Shown here piece by piece: positions 1-64,000 of a stretch of 64,000 nucleotides of DNA. Within the stretch, counting starts at the first letter, position 1. Each line of letters starts with the position of its first letter. This DNA comes from Eledone cirrhosa. Lineage: Eukaryota. The translations under genes and the position numbers were made by a program. The stretch spans positions 239,692,001-239,756,000 of the forward strand of contig OZ024742.1 in the NCBI GenBank assembly GCA_964016885.1, read 5' to 3'. The notes under the pieces were generated by a model. It searched no databases, was not told the DNA's origin, and saw nothing but the letters and a program-made list of their open reading frames with translations.

Positions 1-199
1 CCTCGTTCTATGATACATAATTCATCATCATCATCATTTTACGTCCACTTTTCCCTGCTTGCAAGGGTGGGACGGGAACTGATTCTGGCTTGATTTCTAC
101 AGGTGGATGCCTTTCCTAACACCAACCTCATTTACAGTGAGTGCTGGGTGCTTTTTTTTTTTGTGGCAGCTCCTTGACCACTTTGCAGTGGAATGATAG

Positions 200-362
200 G
201 GACTCCAGTCCCTATCATCTCATTTCTACAGCTGAGTAAACTGGAGCAATGTGAAATAAAGTGTCTTGCTCAAGGAAACAACACATCACCTGGTCTGAGA
301 ATTGAACTCACAACCTTTCGATTGCAAGCCCAATGCTCTAACCACTAAGCCATGTGCCTTCA
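200..362 (-). mobile_element. tRNA-headed SINE with CORE-like body (close copy at 13095-13224; plus-strand relatives at ~13712-13830, 14735-14940, 26435-26680, 33450-33710, 51005-51320)
   Basis: Minus strand tggcttagtggttagagc..gagttcaattc head, then ttgagcaagacactttatttcacattgctccagtttactcagctgtagaaatgag. Confidence 0.75.
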
Positions 363-2308
363 ATTGTTTGTTTTAAAATGTTTATACTCATCTCAAAAAC
401 CTTCCATGATAATTCAATGTAAGAACTTTTGTTAAGTTACGCTCCAAACACCAAATGAATAAGGAGAAAGTCAGTTATTTTACTAAACCCCACCAAATGC
501 ATAGAAATTTGAAACATAGCAACGAAAGGATTAAAAGGAATAAAGACAGTCTCCTTCATAGAAACATAGAAAGAAAAAAGAAATTCCTAAAGAAAGCTTG
601 TCTGCTGAATCAGGAATTAGATGGTAGGTAATAAAATTAACAGGAAATTTCCAACCAACAAGAGAAACTGACTGTCTTTTGTAAGTAACAGAAAGTTATT
701 ACAATAACACCATTTATGTCTATTATCATTTTAGCAAGGCAGCATATTAGCAGATTTTTTAGGATGAAAAGCAAATTTGACCTTGGAAGGACTTGAACTC
801 AGAGTGCAGAGAACCAGAACAAAATCTCTTGGCATTTGTTTTGGTTCATTGCATTCTGAGTTCAAGTCCCACCAAGGTCAAATTTGCTTTTCATCCTTTT
901 GAGATTGATAAATAAATACCAGTCCAGTACTGGAAGAAATCGACTGGAGGAGGGAAGGGCTCCGCCAAGTTTAAAATCTTCAAGACATGCTGTGTCAGTA
1001 TGGTGCCACTAACTACAACTCCAGCAAGAGTTAAGGGTCACTTTTTCTTTTTTACCACTTTGGCACTTTTCATACCAAACCATCCAAAACTCCTGGTTTG
1101 ATGATGCAAAGCTGATATTTTGAAATGTTTATATTTATCTAAAAACCTACCATGAAATTTTATGTAAAACCCTTTGCTGGCTTATTAATAAAATCCTTTC
1201 AAAATCTTGATTATTTTCAAAATTATAAGTAGCTGACAAATTAAGTGAGGGTGGAGTATAGTCAATTATATTGATACTAATATTTGATAGGTGAGCATTC
1301 ATTAACTCTTGAATGAACTAAAGGTATATATTTTGTTTTTCATATTTGGCAAGAAACAAGGTCAATTCTTTTTTACCACTTAGTTAGAGAGGGAAGAGCA
1401 GTGCCTTTGATCTTTTGATGTTTTTTTTCCCCTCAGTGTCTCTGGGAAAAGTGGAAGGAAGTTATTCTCAAACTGAAGGGCTGGCACAAATGCTTGCAAC
1501 AGAGGAGATTCCAGTAAAAACATCATAACCAGGACCAGGTAGAGCTAAACCAGACAACAGATTAGGACGACTACACAAGAACTCAGAATACAAACAGCCG
1601 GAACAAATATTCCAAGACATTTCAGTCCCATCAAGGTCACAACAATCTCCCTAGAGCCCATGCCATGATGAAATGTACCCAGTACACTCTGTAAAGTGTA
1701 GGAACAGCCTGTGACTGAGAGCTTACTTGGTCTGTGACAACCCATTCAATGCTAACACAGAAAAAGAAGAAAATGACAACCCTGCCAATCCACCACTCTG
1801 GACTGGCACTACTTTTGGAGGGGGGAATAAACCCTAGCCTGTTACTGGTTTATAGAACCTGAAAGGATGAAAGTCAAAGTGAAATCTTGACAGGAATAAC
1901 AATTATAACAACTTAGTTATAAACAAAGAAATATGATAGAAAAAGAACAATCTAAAAAAAAAAGTTAAATACTTCGAAAACTAGATATGCTTACACATAC
2001 AATTTATTTAAAAAAAACAACAAAAAAAAAAAAAAACAAACAGAAAAAAGAACAGCAAACAAATACATAAGAAATAGTGAAATTGTAACTAAATTCACTT
2101 TCTTAAAAACTGTTTTTCAAATACCCCAAATCCATGGAGGTGCTGCATCTAAATTTTATTCTAAAAAAAAAAAAAAATTAATAATTGAAAAAAGTTCTAA
2201 ACAAGCATAATACATAAATAATGTTAAGAAACATTGAAGGGGGAGGGCTGGAGAAAAAAGAGTAGAGTGACACAACAGAAATAACAAAAGAAAAGAAAAA
2301 CATGCTTA

Positions 2309-2341
<33 letters not shown>

Positions 2342-2685
2342 AACCGGGAGAAAACAAACGTTTTACTGAGAATATTCAACAATAATTTCCACTTACACAC
2401 ATTAAACTAACATACACACACAGAAAATGTTTTTTTCTTTCTCCACACAGGCAGAAGTATAAAGAAAAGAAGTTGAAAATGCACTAAGTCTTTAGGAAGA
2501 TTTATTTATATTAACTGCAGCAGTTTCACAATTGTGGTTAGAATGTCTAAGGAAAGGATTGCTGGACAACAGATTTTACGGGCAAAACCAACCAGCAGGA
2601 GACCCAGCCAGATCAATCAGAGATGGATGCTTCTGACAGGGCCCAGTGGAGGGTGTGCTTGAAGACTGCGCGCACAACCCCCCCA

Positions 2686-2840
2686 AGAAGAAGAAGGAGA
2701 AGAAGAAGAATGAGGAGGAGAAGAAGAAGAATGAGGAGGGGGAGAAGAAGAATGAGGAGGAGGAGGAGAAGAATGAGGAGGAGGAGGAGAAGAAGAATGA
2801 GGAGGAGAAGAAGAAGAATGAGGAGGAGGAGAAGAAGAAG
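2686..2840. repeat. Compound purine trinucleotide repeat (AAG/GAG/AAT)
   Basis: Read directly; explains three spurious low-complexity ORFs. Confidence 0.95.
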
Positions 2841-3449
2841 TTTCACAATTTTATGATTCACAAAAGTAGTGTGAGATGAAATAGTGAAACTGGTTATGGT
2901 TAATAAAACAATGTAGCTCCACATCTCATCTCACATTATATTTGAACATCAGGAAACTGAAACTGGTTAAGTTGAAGTTATTAAATCTTCTTAAAGACAC
3001 CAGGTGCATTTTCAACTTCATTCCTTTATATCTATATATACTGATTTAATTACACACCGGAAAAATCAAAAGGAACAGCATCATCCATGCATTAACTGTT
3101 TGACATGCCTCATCAACCAATGGTAACCAAAAACACAAAATGGTAATTAATATTCAACTGGAAAAGTGCTAAACTAAAATATCAACCACTTACTACTACA
3201 AATCCTACACCAGATGCACTGGACTAGATCATTCAGCATTGTCACAAACTAAAAACTAACTATATATATATTTTACACACACAAACACACACACTGCACT
3301 GACACACAAACAAAAACAAAAACAAAAATATAAATCAAGGGAAAGGGGGAAACAAAACAACAAAAACAAGATTATATTAAGAAGAATTAAAAACAATCAT
3401 GTATGGTGTGCTGCCAAGTTTGTTAGTGAATGAGGAGTATAAATAACAC

Positions 3450-3814
3450 TTAACATCCTGTAATGATTGAGCAGAAAATATCTAAAAATGGGTTTGTTAA
3501 TTCAAATGTTTAAAGTATCTTTACTAGTAGACAGATCATTGTGAAAATGTACACTAAACTAATGTAAATATTTAAAATTTTTAATGTGATGCAATTACAA
3601 GGCTGTTTTATACTTTTCAAGAATGTTTTGCTAAAGTGTTTTCATATGATTTTTTTTTTATCCAAATGTTTAAAGTGTCTTTACTAGTTGACAGATCAGT
3701 GAAAATTTGCAGTAAACTAAAAACTTTAATTTTTAATGTGATGCTATTATAGCACTGTTTTCTACTTTTCAAAAATGTCTTGCTAATGCAGATTCACACA
3801 GCACAGGACGTTAA
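3450..3814. mobile_element. TTAA-flanked MITE, family C (related pieces at ~33167-33305, 40209-40405, 55828-55880)
   Basis: ttaa|catcctg ... caggacg|ttaa ends and shared internal sequence. Confidence 0.55.
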
Positions 3815-6800
3815 GAGTTACAACAAATCTATCAAATAACACAACTTAAAACCAAAAACACAAAATTAAATTAACAAAAACAAAATGAAAAATAAAAAAA
3901 TAAAAGGTGTATTGAAAATATAGGAAATGTAAATATATATAGGTGTAGTAACAGATTATAAAGGTAGATAAAGAAAGTTTTTTGAATGTGTGTGAATGCA
4001 GGAAAAAACTGGATGGTCAGCAGTAATATGATATATAGAAAAATATGACCAGGTGAAATGTGGAATAAATGAAATATACTCATGTAGTAAAACTGACAAT
4101 ACGCAATAGCAAAGAATAGCGATGATACAGTAGAGTAGTTTTAATAATTTATAGGAGAGATAATGTTGAGAATGGTGCTAGTTCTTTTAACCCTTTGGAG
4201 ACCATGTCGTCTGAAACTGCCGCTGGTTTTACAATACAAAACTGTTTCTTTTTGAAGTGTCGATGTTTGAATTTAAACCTCCCATCATAATTTAATGTAA
4301 GAACCTTTAAGTTATGTTCCAAACGTCATCTTAATAATGAGAAAGTTAGTTATAATACTTCTCTCTTCCCCCCACCCAAATTTGTGATCATTTTCAAAAT
4401 CAATTGAAAGTTCTAGGCATTCAAAATAGGCACTTCATTAGAAATATGGTAATGAAGGCGTTAAATCAGGAAAAAAAACACAAGAAAAGGATATGAGTTA
4501 ACTTAATTAGGGTGACAATTTATATTAACATAAAATAATAATAAAAATATAAAGAAAAGCAAAATTCAATCCAATTTCTTTCACCTAGAATCCCCCCACC
4601 CAACCCCAAATCTCCCTCTTTTGTGGACAATATATTAATGAAGAAACGGTTAAGAATTATTTGAGCTCAGTTAATTTTCAGTCAAGATTAGTGGCAAATA
4701 TACATTTCAAAGTGCCCAATGTCATGTCTTTCAGCCAGGATACTTTGATATCCTGACTTGCAGATGGCACAAGATTATTAGACTTAACCATTTGATACCA
4801 ACCTGACTAAAACTTGTTCTGGTTCTATACATATATATATATAAACCATCCGTTTTAAAGGATTCCTCTTTAAATTAAAATCTTCAAACATAATTTTATA
4901 TAAGAACCTTTTGTTCAGTTACAATTTTAGTTATGAAATAATAATTTTAGTAAATCCCTAAAAATTCTTCATTAATTAATTGAAATCGGATGCGTGTCAC
5001 TAGAAATACGGTAAGAAAAAGATTTAAACCTTTAGCATTTAAACTGGCCGTATCCAGTCAGAGCTCTCTCATCTCTTTCTATTCAAACTGGCTGCAACAG
5101 GCTGCTCATACCTACATCAAGGTATTGTTCTTAAAATACATAACATCAAAATCTTGTAGATTCGATATTATGTGATGGCCTCACAGATTAAGGAAATACC
5201 AACACTAAATGATTCTCAAATCACCAACACTTTACTCAGCTATTATGAAGTCTCAACCTTCACCCATTGATGCCTTTGTGAATTGGCAGAGTCAATAGAG
5301 TATCAGATTTGCAGTATTTGTTCTAGTTCTCTGTGTTCTGAGTTCAAATCCAGTCAAGGTCAATTTTGCCTTTCATCTTTCCGGGGTTGATAACTATAGT
5401 ACCAATCCAAGGGATTGGTGGACTAGCAAAATCTTTACAGTGTCAGGCAGGAAGCTTTGCAGTATCTGTTACAGCTCTGTGCACTCTGTGTTCAAATCTT
5501 GCCTCCTGCCACTGGAAAAAATGGTGACATGATAAGACTGGAGCCCCTATCATTATCTCATTAAAACACATAAGAACCACATGAGAAGCAGCTTATAGGG
5601 GGGAGGTTATACCTGTGTAAATGTAGGCTGTAACAATAAATAGCAATCACTGGTTCATTGCATTTCTGAGGGCAAGAGTGACAAGATGGTGTCTACTTGG
5701 TGTAGAACAATTATTATAATGGACTCCATAGATGTGCACCGTTTCTTCAGTTTTATCACTAACACACATACACAGGATTCTACACAGTTTATGCTTACCA
5801 AATACTTGAGTTAATATAATCATCTAAATCCATTTAAAGCATGGCCACAAACTAATGATCGAAACCAATAAAAGAATGTTGATAAAATGTCAAATATAGC
5901 AACCTGATACCTCCACTCCATGATGATATAGATGATATATAGTTTCTCATAACAGAATATATATTAGGAATTCATTTCAAAAGAAAACACTAATTTACAG
6001 TTTATTTTAAAAATATTTACTTCTGTTCTAAAGGAGTTTTTAAATTGCACCATTTGCTTAAACTTTATTCTTCAGATCTTGGATGTAGGCACCAAAGCCT
6101 TTAGTTAACCTTTTTGATGCCAATCTGCCCGAGACTGTTTCTGCTTCTATGATACATAAATGTTCATTTTAAAACATTTAAGTTTAAGTTAAACCTTTCA
6201 CCAGCTTAATAACAAGAAAGTTATTTTAATAATTACTTCAAAAACATTTAATTTTCAAAATTTTCTGAACCACATAGGCAGTGTATTTCATAATATGGTA
6301 ATGAAAGGACTAAAGATGACTCTACATCAAAAGGAGCACAACAAGAATATTGTATGGGTGTTATTTTGAGAATAGTGTGATAAAATTAGACTTATATTTA
6401 ACACCAAAAATATGAAAAAAAATCAATTGGAGAAATAGATGAAGCCACATTGTATAATAGAGATACAATTAGGTAAACATAAACAGATGAACAGCACATG
6501 AATGCTTTTATTAACTCCCAAAAGATGAGCAGAGATTAATATAACATTGATTTAGTTGAAGGATCAACCAGCACATGAGTGATTTTATTAACTTCCAAAA
6601 GATGACCATATTGATTTAGTGGAAGGTTAAACAAAAAAGAGAACTAAGGATGAAAGAACAAAAACCAAAAAAGAAAAAAAAAGAAAAAAAAGAAAAAAAA
6701 GAAAAAAAAAGACAAAATGCATGAGAAATTAAGTTGAATAGAGAAATAGTTCTGACTATTATTTTATAAGTGTATAAATAAGCTAACTGCTGACACATTC

Positions 6801-7411
6801 CAACTAGAAATATATTTTTATTTTATAACTGATAAAAACTGATAAAAATTTCAACTTAAATTTTTTTAAATCCTTAAAAAGAAATGCAACAATCTTAAGA
6901 AAATATGGTTGTTTTTTTTGTTTATTTGTTTTTTCTTCTTTAAATCAAATTTTAATGGGTACTAAAAGAAAAGAAAATCTAGAAAAGATAGTTGAGAAGA
7001 GAGAAAGAAATAGATAAAGGAAGAAGAAATGAAACAAAATGTTTCTTCTCTTTTTCTAAAAATCTAAAAATTAATAAATTTAAACGAATAAAATAAATAA
7101 GCAAATTAACAAAGAAAAATGACAATTTAAAAAAAACAAAAAAAAAAACAACAGATGTCGACCAACCTTCCAGGTAAAATATGTGAGGAAGTGAGGAGGT
7201 CATTCTGCTTAAATTATAAATGAGGAAGAAGAAATGGTCACTGAGAGATGAAGAGATTGTTTTTCTCTACTGATGAGATGATATATGAAGAAGTCAGGTA
7301 GGTGGTAAGGTACGACTATGGATGGACTACTCACCATTGAAGGGAGGAGGGAGTCACACTTAACACTGTATCAAAAGTCACTGGAAGTAGTTGGTAGGTC
7401 AGATCAAGTGC

Positions 7412-57716
<50,305 letters not shown>

Positions 57717-60700
57717 CTGCAAGAAAAAATGCATTACATTTTCATTTGAAACAATGTTAAAACAATAAATAAATATATGACAATAACAATAAATAAATAA
57801 ATAGATACTACTAATACAAAGTTAAACCCCATAACAAAAAAGACGAACATTACTGATACAGTACATAGTGAGGAAAAAGTTTATACTCCCCCAATCCCGC
57901 CACAAAAATAGAAACAACACACAATACTACAAACACACGCCTCAGAGACATGAAGACGTGCACCTGGTGATGCAATAGAAACTCACATGAAACTACTGAA
58001 GAAATAATATTCAGAATAATAATAGCAATAACAGTTAATGCTTAGTTTGTCTAATTATTGTTAGTATAAATTTTCTTCTTTTTCAAACAATACTAAGCAG
58101 TTTTCTTTACAGGCAATGTTGAGAATGGAGTGAAGAAAACACAGTAGTAGCACTGCTGAGTTTAATCTTTGCTTTTCATTTCCATTATAAGCAATATTAC
58201 TGACTATTTCAGAATGGCATGAAAAAAAAATATAGTAAAGTAAAGTATTAAAAAAAAAAAAAATGACAGATAAATAGATGGAAAGAAAAAGAGTAGGTAA
58301 AAGACATATGTGAGAAATAAAGTTATATATCAATGTATATTTAGTTTCAGAAGAAAACGAAATGTGAGGTTAAAGAATACAATTTTTTAAATGTAAAAAT
58401 TGAAAGCTCACTTTCAAAAACATTTAAAAAAGATCCTTATATATCATATCATATATATTATATCTGATATTAATCTTAAATAAACAAGCAGTTTTCACAG
58501 GATGAAATGAGGGATATCAGTTAGGGAGGGAATATTAGCACTAAATTTTGAATCCAGATATATGTATGTATGATGTATGTATGTGTGTAATATTTTAAAA
58601 GAAAAAAATAAACTATCTTTTCTACTTTCAATTCTGTCCAGTTAATAACTGAAAGGAAATTAAAGATATCATTTAGATAAAAATTAACACTCTAAATCAT
58701 TCACACATTTCAAAACAAAACAAACATATCTATATCTACCTATCTATTTCTCTCCCTATATATATATTTAATATATATATTTAAATAAAATAAATACATA
58801 AAAGACAGAATTTTCTCCCATTTTGAAATCTAGTAGCTATTGGCATAGTCTTGCACATATCCTCCTATAGAAGCTAAAATGAATTTGACATTAGAAGCTT
58901 ATACATAATTGATAGCCAGAAAACTGTGCAACATAGCAGCCTGCAAACTACTGTCGTCTACACAGCAGAAATTAGAAGAAAGCTGACAGTATCCAGTTTC
59001 AACAGACTGCAAAATTCTCTGATACATCCAAATCAATGCTGTATTGAAAGAAGTCAAGAACTCATGATGCCAAAAAAAAAACCCCCCCAAAACAAACATA
59101 AAGATTAACCCTTTTGATACCAATCTGCCCAAACCTGCCTTTGCTTCTAAGAAACAAAGCCACCCATTTTGAAGGGTTCCTATTTAAATTAAAATCCTTC
59201 TACATAAGAACTTTTTGTTAAATTATGTTACAAATATCATCCTAATAGAAATAAGTAATAATTAATAATTGTAGTAAATCCCTCAAAATTCTTCATTTTT
59301 CATTAGAAATATAGTCACAAAATTGTTAAAAATAAAATCGTTTTTTTCTTCCCTTTCCATCAAGACTAAATATGAAACAGCACAAAAGTAAACCTTTATC
59401 CCCTAATACCATATTTTTAGATGTAAAACGCACTGCTTTTTCTTTTTAACAAATAAATTTGAAATCAAAATATACCTGTACTCTCTATTTCAAAGGTATG
59501 AATATTATAATTAAATATATACATAGATAACACACACACATACTATAGTTGCATATAAACCATATACACAAGTTATATATAAGTGCAGCTGTATATTAAC
59601 CAATCCACAAAAAAAAAGAAGCTCTGCAAGTAAAGGTGTGGTCTTATAACTAAATATATAAATACAGTACTGAGAAATTGATTTTACAACTATACTGCTA
59701 TCAAAATTTGATCACAGTTATTATCTATAAAGTAAAAACTTAAAATGAAAGAATAACTATTTCAAGCAAATTACATTCACACACACAAGAAGAAAAAAAG
59801 GAAAAGGAAAGGAAGACTGGCCAGAGAAACTTGTCTAAAATCACTTCCAAAGAAAACTAGACCTCATTCACAAATAAACCAAATACTTTTCAATATGAAG
59901 GGAATTATACAGAAATTTCCTACACCGAGTAAAAGAAAAAACAACAAAAGGCTAGTTGATTTTATCTGTCACTATTGGAGAAACAAACAACTTGTGTATG
60001 CACGCATGTGTGTGTGTATGTGTGTTTCTGTGATTCTCAAAACACTTTTCCTAGCAGGTATACAAGCTGACAGATCAATAGCCAATAAAATAAACATGTA
60101 ATTAGGTGACACACCAAAAAATTAGGCAAAAAAAATGTTCTTTTTACACAAGAATAATTACAGCATCAGTTTGTTTTTCTTCAACTATCTTTGCTTTTAT
60201 ACTATAAACATCTGAATTAATAATAACAATAGTAATAATAATAATGAGGATGATGATGATGGTTTATAATTTAAGCACAAGGTCAGCAATTTTGAGGGAA
60301 GGGAAAAATCAAAAGTCAATGAAATTAACCTCTGCATTTAACCTAAACTTTATTTTATTGACCTCAGAAAGATAAAAACAAAGTTGACCCTGGAAGGATT
60401 TGAACACAATAATAGGTAAAGAGCTGGTAGAAGTACCACGGTTCATCATTCAACACCCTAACAATCTGCCAATCCACTAGCCTTAATAATGATAATTGTA
60501 GTTATGCTCAGAAATATACATGAATGCCATATTATTGATGTTACCATCAAAGGAGAACACAACATAGCCTTAAAAGAAATTGAAAAAATAGCAAAATATA
60601 CTGGCTTGAAGATCGATATTGCACAAATGTAGTCAATACTACGTAACAACATAAATATAATCCCAGCTGTCATCAGAACTTTGGGTTTGATACTAATAAA

Positions 60701-60718
60701 AGTGAGACAGCATATTAA

Positions 60719-60935
60719 CCCTTTAGCATTTACATCACTATTTATTATTGTATTTTTGTGGTAAAGGCTTTATCTTAAATAATTATCACACATAATATCG
60801 AATTTATAAGATTTTGATATTATTTATTTTGAGAACAATACCTTAACATTAGTATGAATGTCCAGTTACAGTCAGTTTGAACAGAAAGAGGTGAAAGAAT
60901 TCTGGCTGGCTATGGCCAGATTAAATGCTAAAGGG
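60719..60935. mobile_element. TTAA-specific MITE, family A copy (opposite orientation)
   Basis: TTAA|ccctttagcattta ... taaatgctaaaggg|TTAA. Confidence 0.82.
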
Positions 60936-61224
60936 TTAACCTTGAATCACAAATTGCTTCCCTGTTGAACACTGCACATATATTTAGGTCCTTGTTGAGA
61001 CCTGACAGGCAATAAAAGATCCAGTAGTAACCATATTTACTGTGTGAACCATCTCTAACAATAATAATTTCTAATTTAGGCACAAGGCCAGCAACTTTGA
61101 GAGAAAAGAAAAGTCAACTGAAATCGACTCCCAGTACTTAACTGGTACTTTATTTGATTGACTCTAGACAAAGTTGATTTCAGCAGGATTTAAGCTCAGG
61201 ACTGAAACAAATACTATATAGAAA

Positions 61225-61460
61225 GATCAAAGCTCCAATACTATGGGCATGTGGTTAGAATGTCTCAGGAAAGAATTGCTAGACCCAGGGATAGACCCCG
61301 AGCAAGATGGCTGGATAATATCCATGAGCTTGGCTGGTCAAGATTGGGGATCCAGCCAGATCAGTTGGAGACGGCTGCTTCTGACAGGACCCGCTGGAAG
61401 GAGTGTTTGAGGACTTCCCCCCACACTCCTCTCAGGAATAAGTGGGCGAAGAAGAAGAAG
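61225..61460 (+). mobile_element. RTE-clade LINE 3' fragment with (GAA)n tail
   Basis: YYGHVVRMSQERIA..RPRARWLDNI..DRTRWK. Confidence 0.82.
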
Positions 61461-61479
61461 CATCACCGATTCTGTCAAT

Positions 61480-62345
61480 TCATTGCCTAGACGGTTTCTA
61501 ATATGGCACAAAGCCAGAAATTTTGTGTAGGATGGTAAAGTGCTTAAATCAATCCCAGTACTTGATGGGCACTTTATTTTATTAACCCCGGAAGGATGCA
61601 AGGTGAAAATTTGAATTCATATCACACAGTCAGAACAAATGCCACAAGATATTAAGTCAGATTTGAACTCAGACCATAAAGGGCCGTAACTCTGCCAATA
61701 ATAATAATTGTTTCTACTTTTGGCACAAGGCCAGCAAATACCCAGTACATTACTGGTACTTTATTTTATCGACCCCGTCAGGATGAGAGGCAAAGTTAAC
61801 CTTGGCGGGATTTGAACTCAGTTCATAAAGGGATGTAACTGCATGGCATCTGACCCTCTACTGATACTGCCAATCCACCATAATAATAATGATTTCTACT
61901 ATAGGCACAAGTCCAGCAATTTTTGGGGGGAGGGGAAAATCGATTAAATTGACTAGTGCATTACTGGTGCTTTATTTTATCGACCCCATAAGGATGAAGG
62001 GCAAAGCTAACCTTGGCAGAATTTGAATTCAGATCGTAAAGGGATGTAACCCTAAGCTATAAGGCATGTTGTCCGACACTCTAATGACACTACTAATCCA
62101 CCACCCTTCTGCCAATAATAATAATGGTTTCTGATAGAGGCACAAGGCCAGAAATTAGGTGTAGAAGGGTGTTGAGTACATCAACTCCTGTACTTGACTG
62201 TTACTTTATTTTATTAAACTTGAAAGGATGAAAGACAAAGTTGACCTTGGCACGATTTGAACTGAGAATGTAGAAAGTGTTAACTAAATGCTGCAAAGCA
62301 TTTTGTCCAATGCTCTACAGATACTGAAAATCCACCACTCTCAAT
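61480..62345 (-). mobile_element. Head-to-tail array of about four Nin-like SINE copies
   Basis: Repeated (taa)n-tttctact..ggcacaaggcc..ggatgaaaggcaaag..gatttgaactc units starting near 61495, 61705, 61890 and 62125. Confidence 0.8.
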
Positions 62346-62768
62346 AATAATAATAATATTAATAATAATGATGATAATAATAATACTATATAACAGACAA
62401 ATAACTATATCAAAAATAATTTTCAGGCTCTCCTGTCTAAGGTGTGTTCCATATTAAAAAAATGGAACATAGTTGAAGTGCCAAATATATTTTTAAAAAA
62501 AACAAGACAAAATAAAAAATAAAAAAACAAATGGAGAGGTAGACTAAAACCTATCTATTTATCTATCTATAATAGATGTCGAAATTAGCAGCTAGCTAAA
62601 AGAAACACACATATCTTATCTGATGTGTTGAAATCAATGTAGTAGGATTTTACAAGCACATATACTCAAGACGGGAAGATGTTGTTTCAGTTTGAAGCAT
62701 TGAAGCAGATATTACAGGAAGTAGGTTCTCTTCCTTTTATGACTTACTTGAAAGGATGAGGGGTAAAA

Positions 62769-62770
<2 letters not shown>

Positions 62771-62819
<49 letters not shown>

Positions 62820-62915
62820 TGTGTGGGTGTATATATATATACACACATATATATATAATGTATTTATCTATCTATCCATATATATATATATATATATATG
62901 CATGTGTGGGCGTGC

Positions 62916-62952
<37 letters not shown>

Positions 62953-63105
62953 CATATGTAATGTATTTATCTATCTATCCACATATATGTGTGGGTGTGT
63001 GTGTATATATATATATATGCATATATGTATATATATATATATACACACATATATATACGCATACACACACCTACATATATGTATATACACACACACACAT
63101 ATACA
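62771..63105. repeat. Degenerate TA/TG/CA microsatellite
   Basis: Read directly. Confidence 0.95.
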
Positions 63106-63404
63106 TGTCATGTTTTTTTTAAAACAAGTAACTCAGTATAGATGAAAATGCAAGTGTACATCTCCCTATCAGAGCTGTTGAAGGAGGAGCAGGAGGATAA
63201 AATATTGATTCAATAATCCATTATTGCAACAGGTTCTGTTTTAGAAATATTTAATCATACACAAAATGTAGAAACCAAAGAAACGCCCCCCCCCCCCCCC
63301 CCAATCCACACACACACATTATCATTTTGTCTACATATTTTGGATAGAAGTTAAACATCTATATACAGATTTTCTACCCTAAGTGACGCTCAAAGCCAGT
63401 CACT

Positions 63405-63466
<62 letters not shown>

Positions 63467-63489
63467 TAGAGGGAGGGAGGAACTCAATT

Positions 63490-63900
63490 TCATTATTTCA
63501 CTGGTCTTTTATTTTATTGACCCCCAGAAGGGTGAAAGGCAAAGTTGACCACAGCAGTATTTGAACTCAAAATGTAAAGTACTGGAACAAATACCACACA
63601 GTGTTTTGTCTGATGCTCTAACCATTCTGTCAATTCAATTCAATAATAATATAATAATACTGATTTCTACCATAGGCACAAGGTTAGCAATTTCAGGGGA
63701 TGGGAAAGTCAGTTAAATGGATTCCAGTACAAGGCTGGTACTTTATTTTTTCAACCGTAGAAAGGTGAAAGGCAAAGTAGCTTTCAGTGGGATTTGAAGT
63801 CTGATTTAGGCACAAGGCCAGCGATTTGAGAATGTAGAGAGTGAGAGCAAATACTGCAAATCATTTCACCTGACACTAATGATTCTGCTAATCCACCTCC
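63490..63900 (-). mobile_element. Further tandem Nin-like SINE copies
   Basis: Same motifs (tgaaaggcaaagt..tttgaa..) occur twice. Confidence 0.7.
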
Positions 63901-64000
63901 CTAATATAAGATATAAAAAAAAAAGAGAATTATTCCACACAAAAATTTTACAGCTACTCTTAAAACATATCAGTAAAACTATCAGCTAAGTTAAAGCTAT

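Larger units (their letters stand above)
1985..7411 (-). other. Possible long 3' UTR of liprin-alpha
   Basis: Plus strand is strongly A/purine-skewed (U-rich in the transcript) below the putative stop. AATAAA on the minus strand at 2003-2008 and 2155-2160. A gtgagt donor-like site near 7334 could mean part of this is spliced out. Confidence 0.3.

Noticed and set aside
2613-2924. Poly-Leu, poly-Arg and Lys/Glu-rich ORFs
   Set aside because: They are three readings of one purine trinucleotide repeat; there is no gene context.
59468-59495. cag|gtat motif on the gene strand
   Set aside because: Upstream sequence is purine-rich, so it is not a credible acceptor.
57717-64000. Upstream full-size liprin-alpha exons (coiled-coil region)
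   Set aside because: No liprin-like peptide with splice sites was found; the gene presumably continues beyond the window.

Overview
This is AT-rich eukaryotic genomic DNA, not prokaryotic. The repeat landscape (tRNA-derived SINEs with (TAA)n/(GAT)n tails, RTE-LINE remnants, long (TA)n/(CA)n tracts) suggests an octopus-like cephalopod; that is an inference. Most of the window is the 3' half of one intron-rich minus-strand gene, liprin-alpha (PPFIA/SYD-2). Nine phase-compatible GT-AG exons (57716 down to 28754) encode the pre-SAM linker and all three SAM domains, and a probable last coding exon lies at 7412-7450. The 5' coiled-coil exons were not found and presumably lie beyond 64000. Nearly all ORF-track entries are microsatellite or repeat artefacts. 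The introns carry a DD37D (maT-type) Tc1/mariner deletion derivative, hAT, pogo-like and TTAA-specific MITEs, RTE and Tx1/L1-like LINE fragments, minisatellites and several long fold-back hairpins. The most interesting signals concern RNA processing: candidate frame-coupled microexons, AG|GT recursive-splice motifs in the two longest fully bounded introns, tandemly duplicated decoy splice sites beside SAM3 exons, competing alternative last exons, and intronic dsRNA structures that could be ADAR substrates. All of these are sequence-only predictions. No novel protein-coding system is supported by the sequence.
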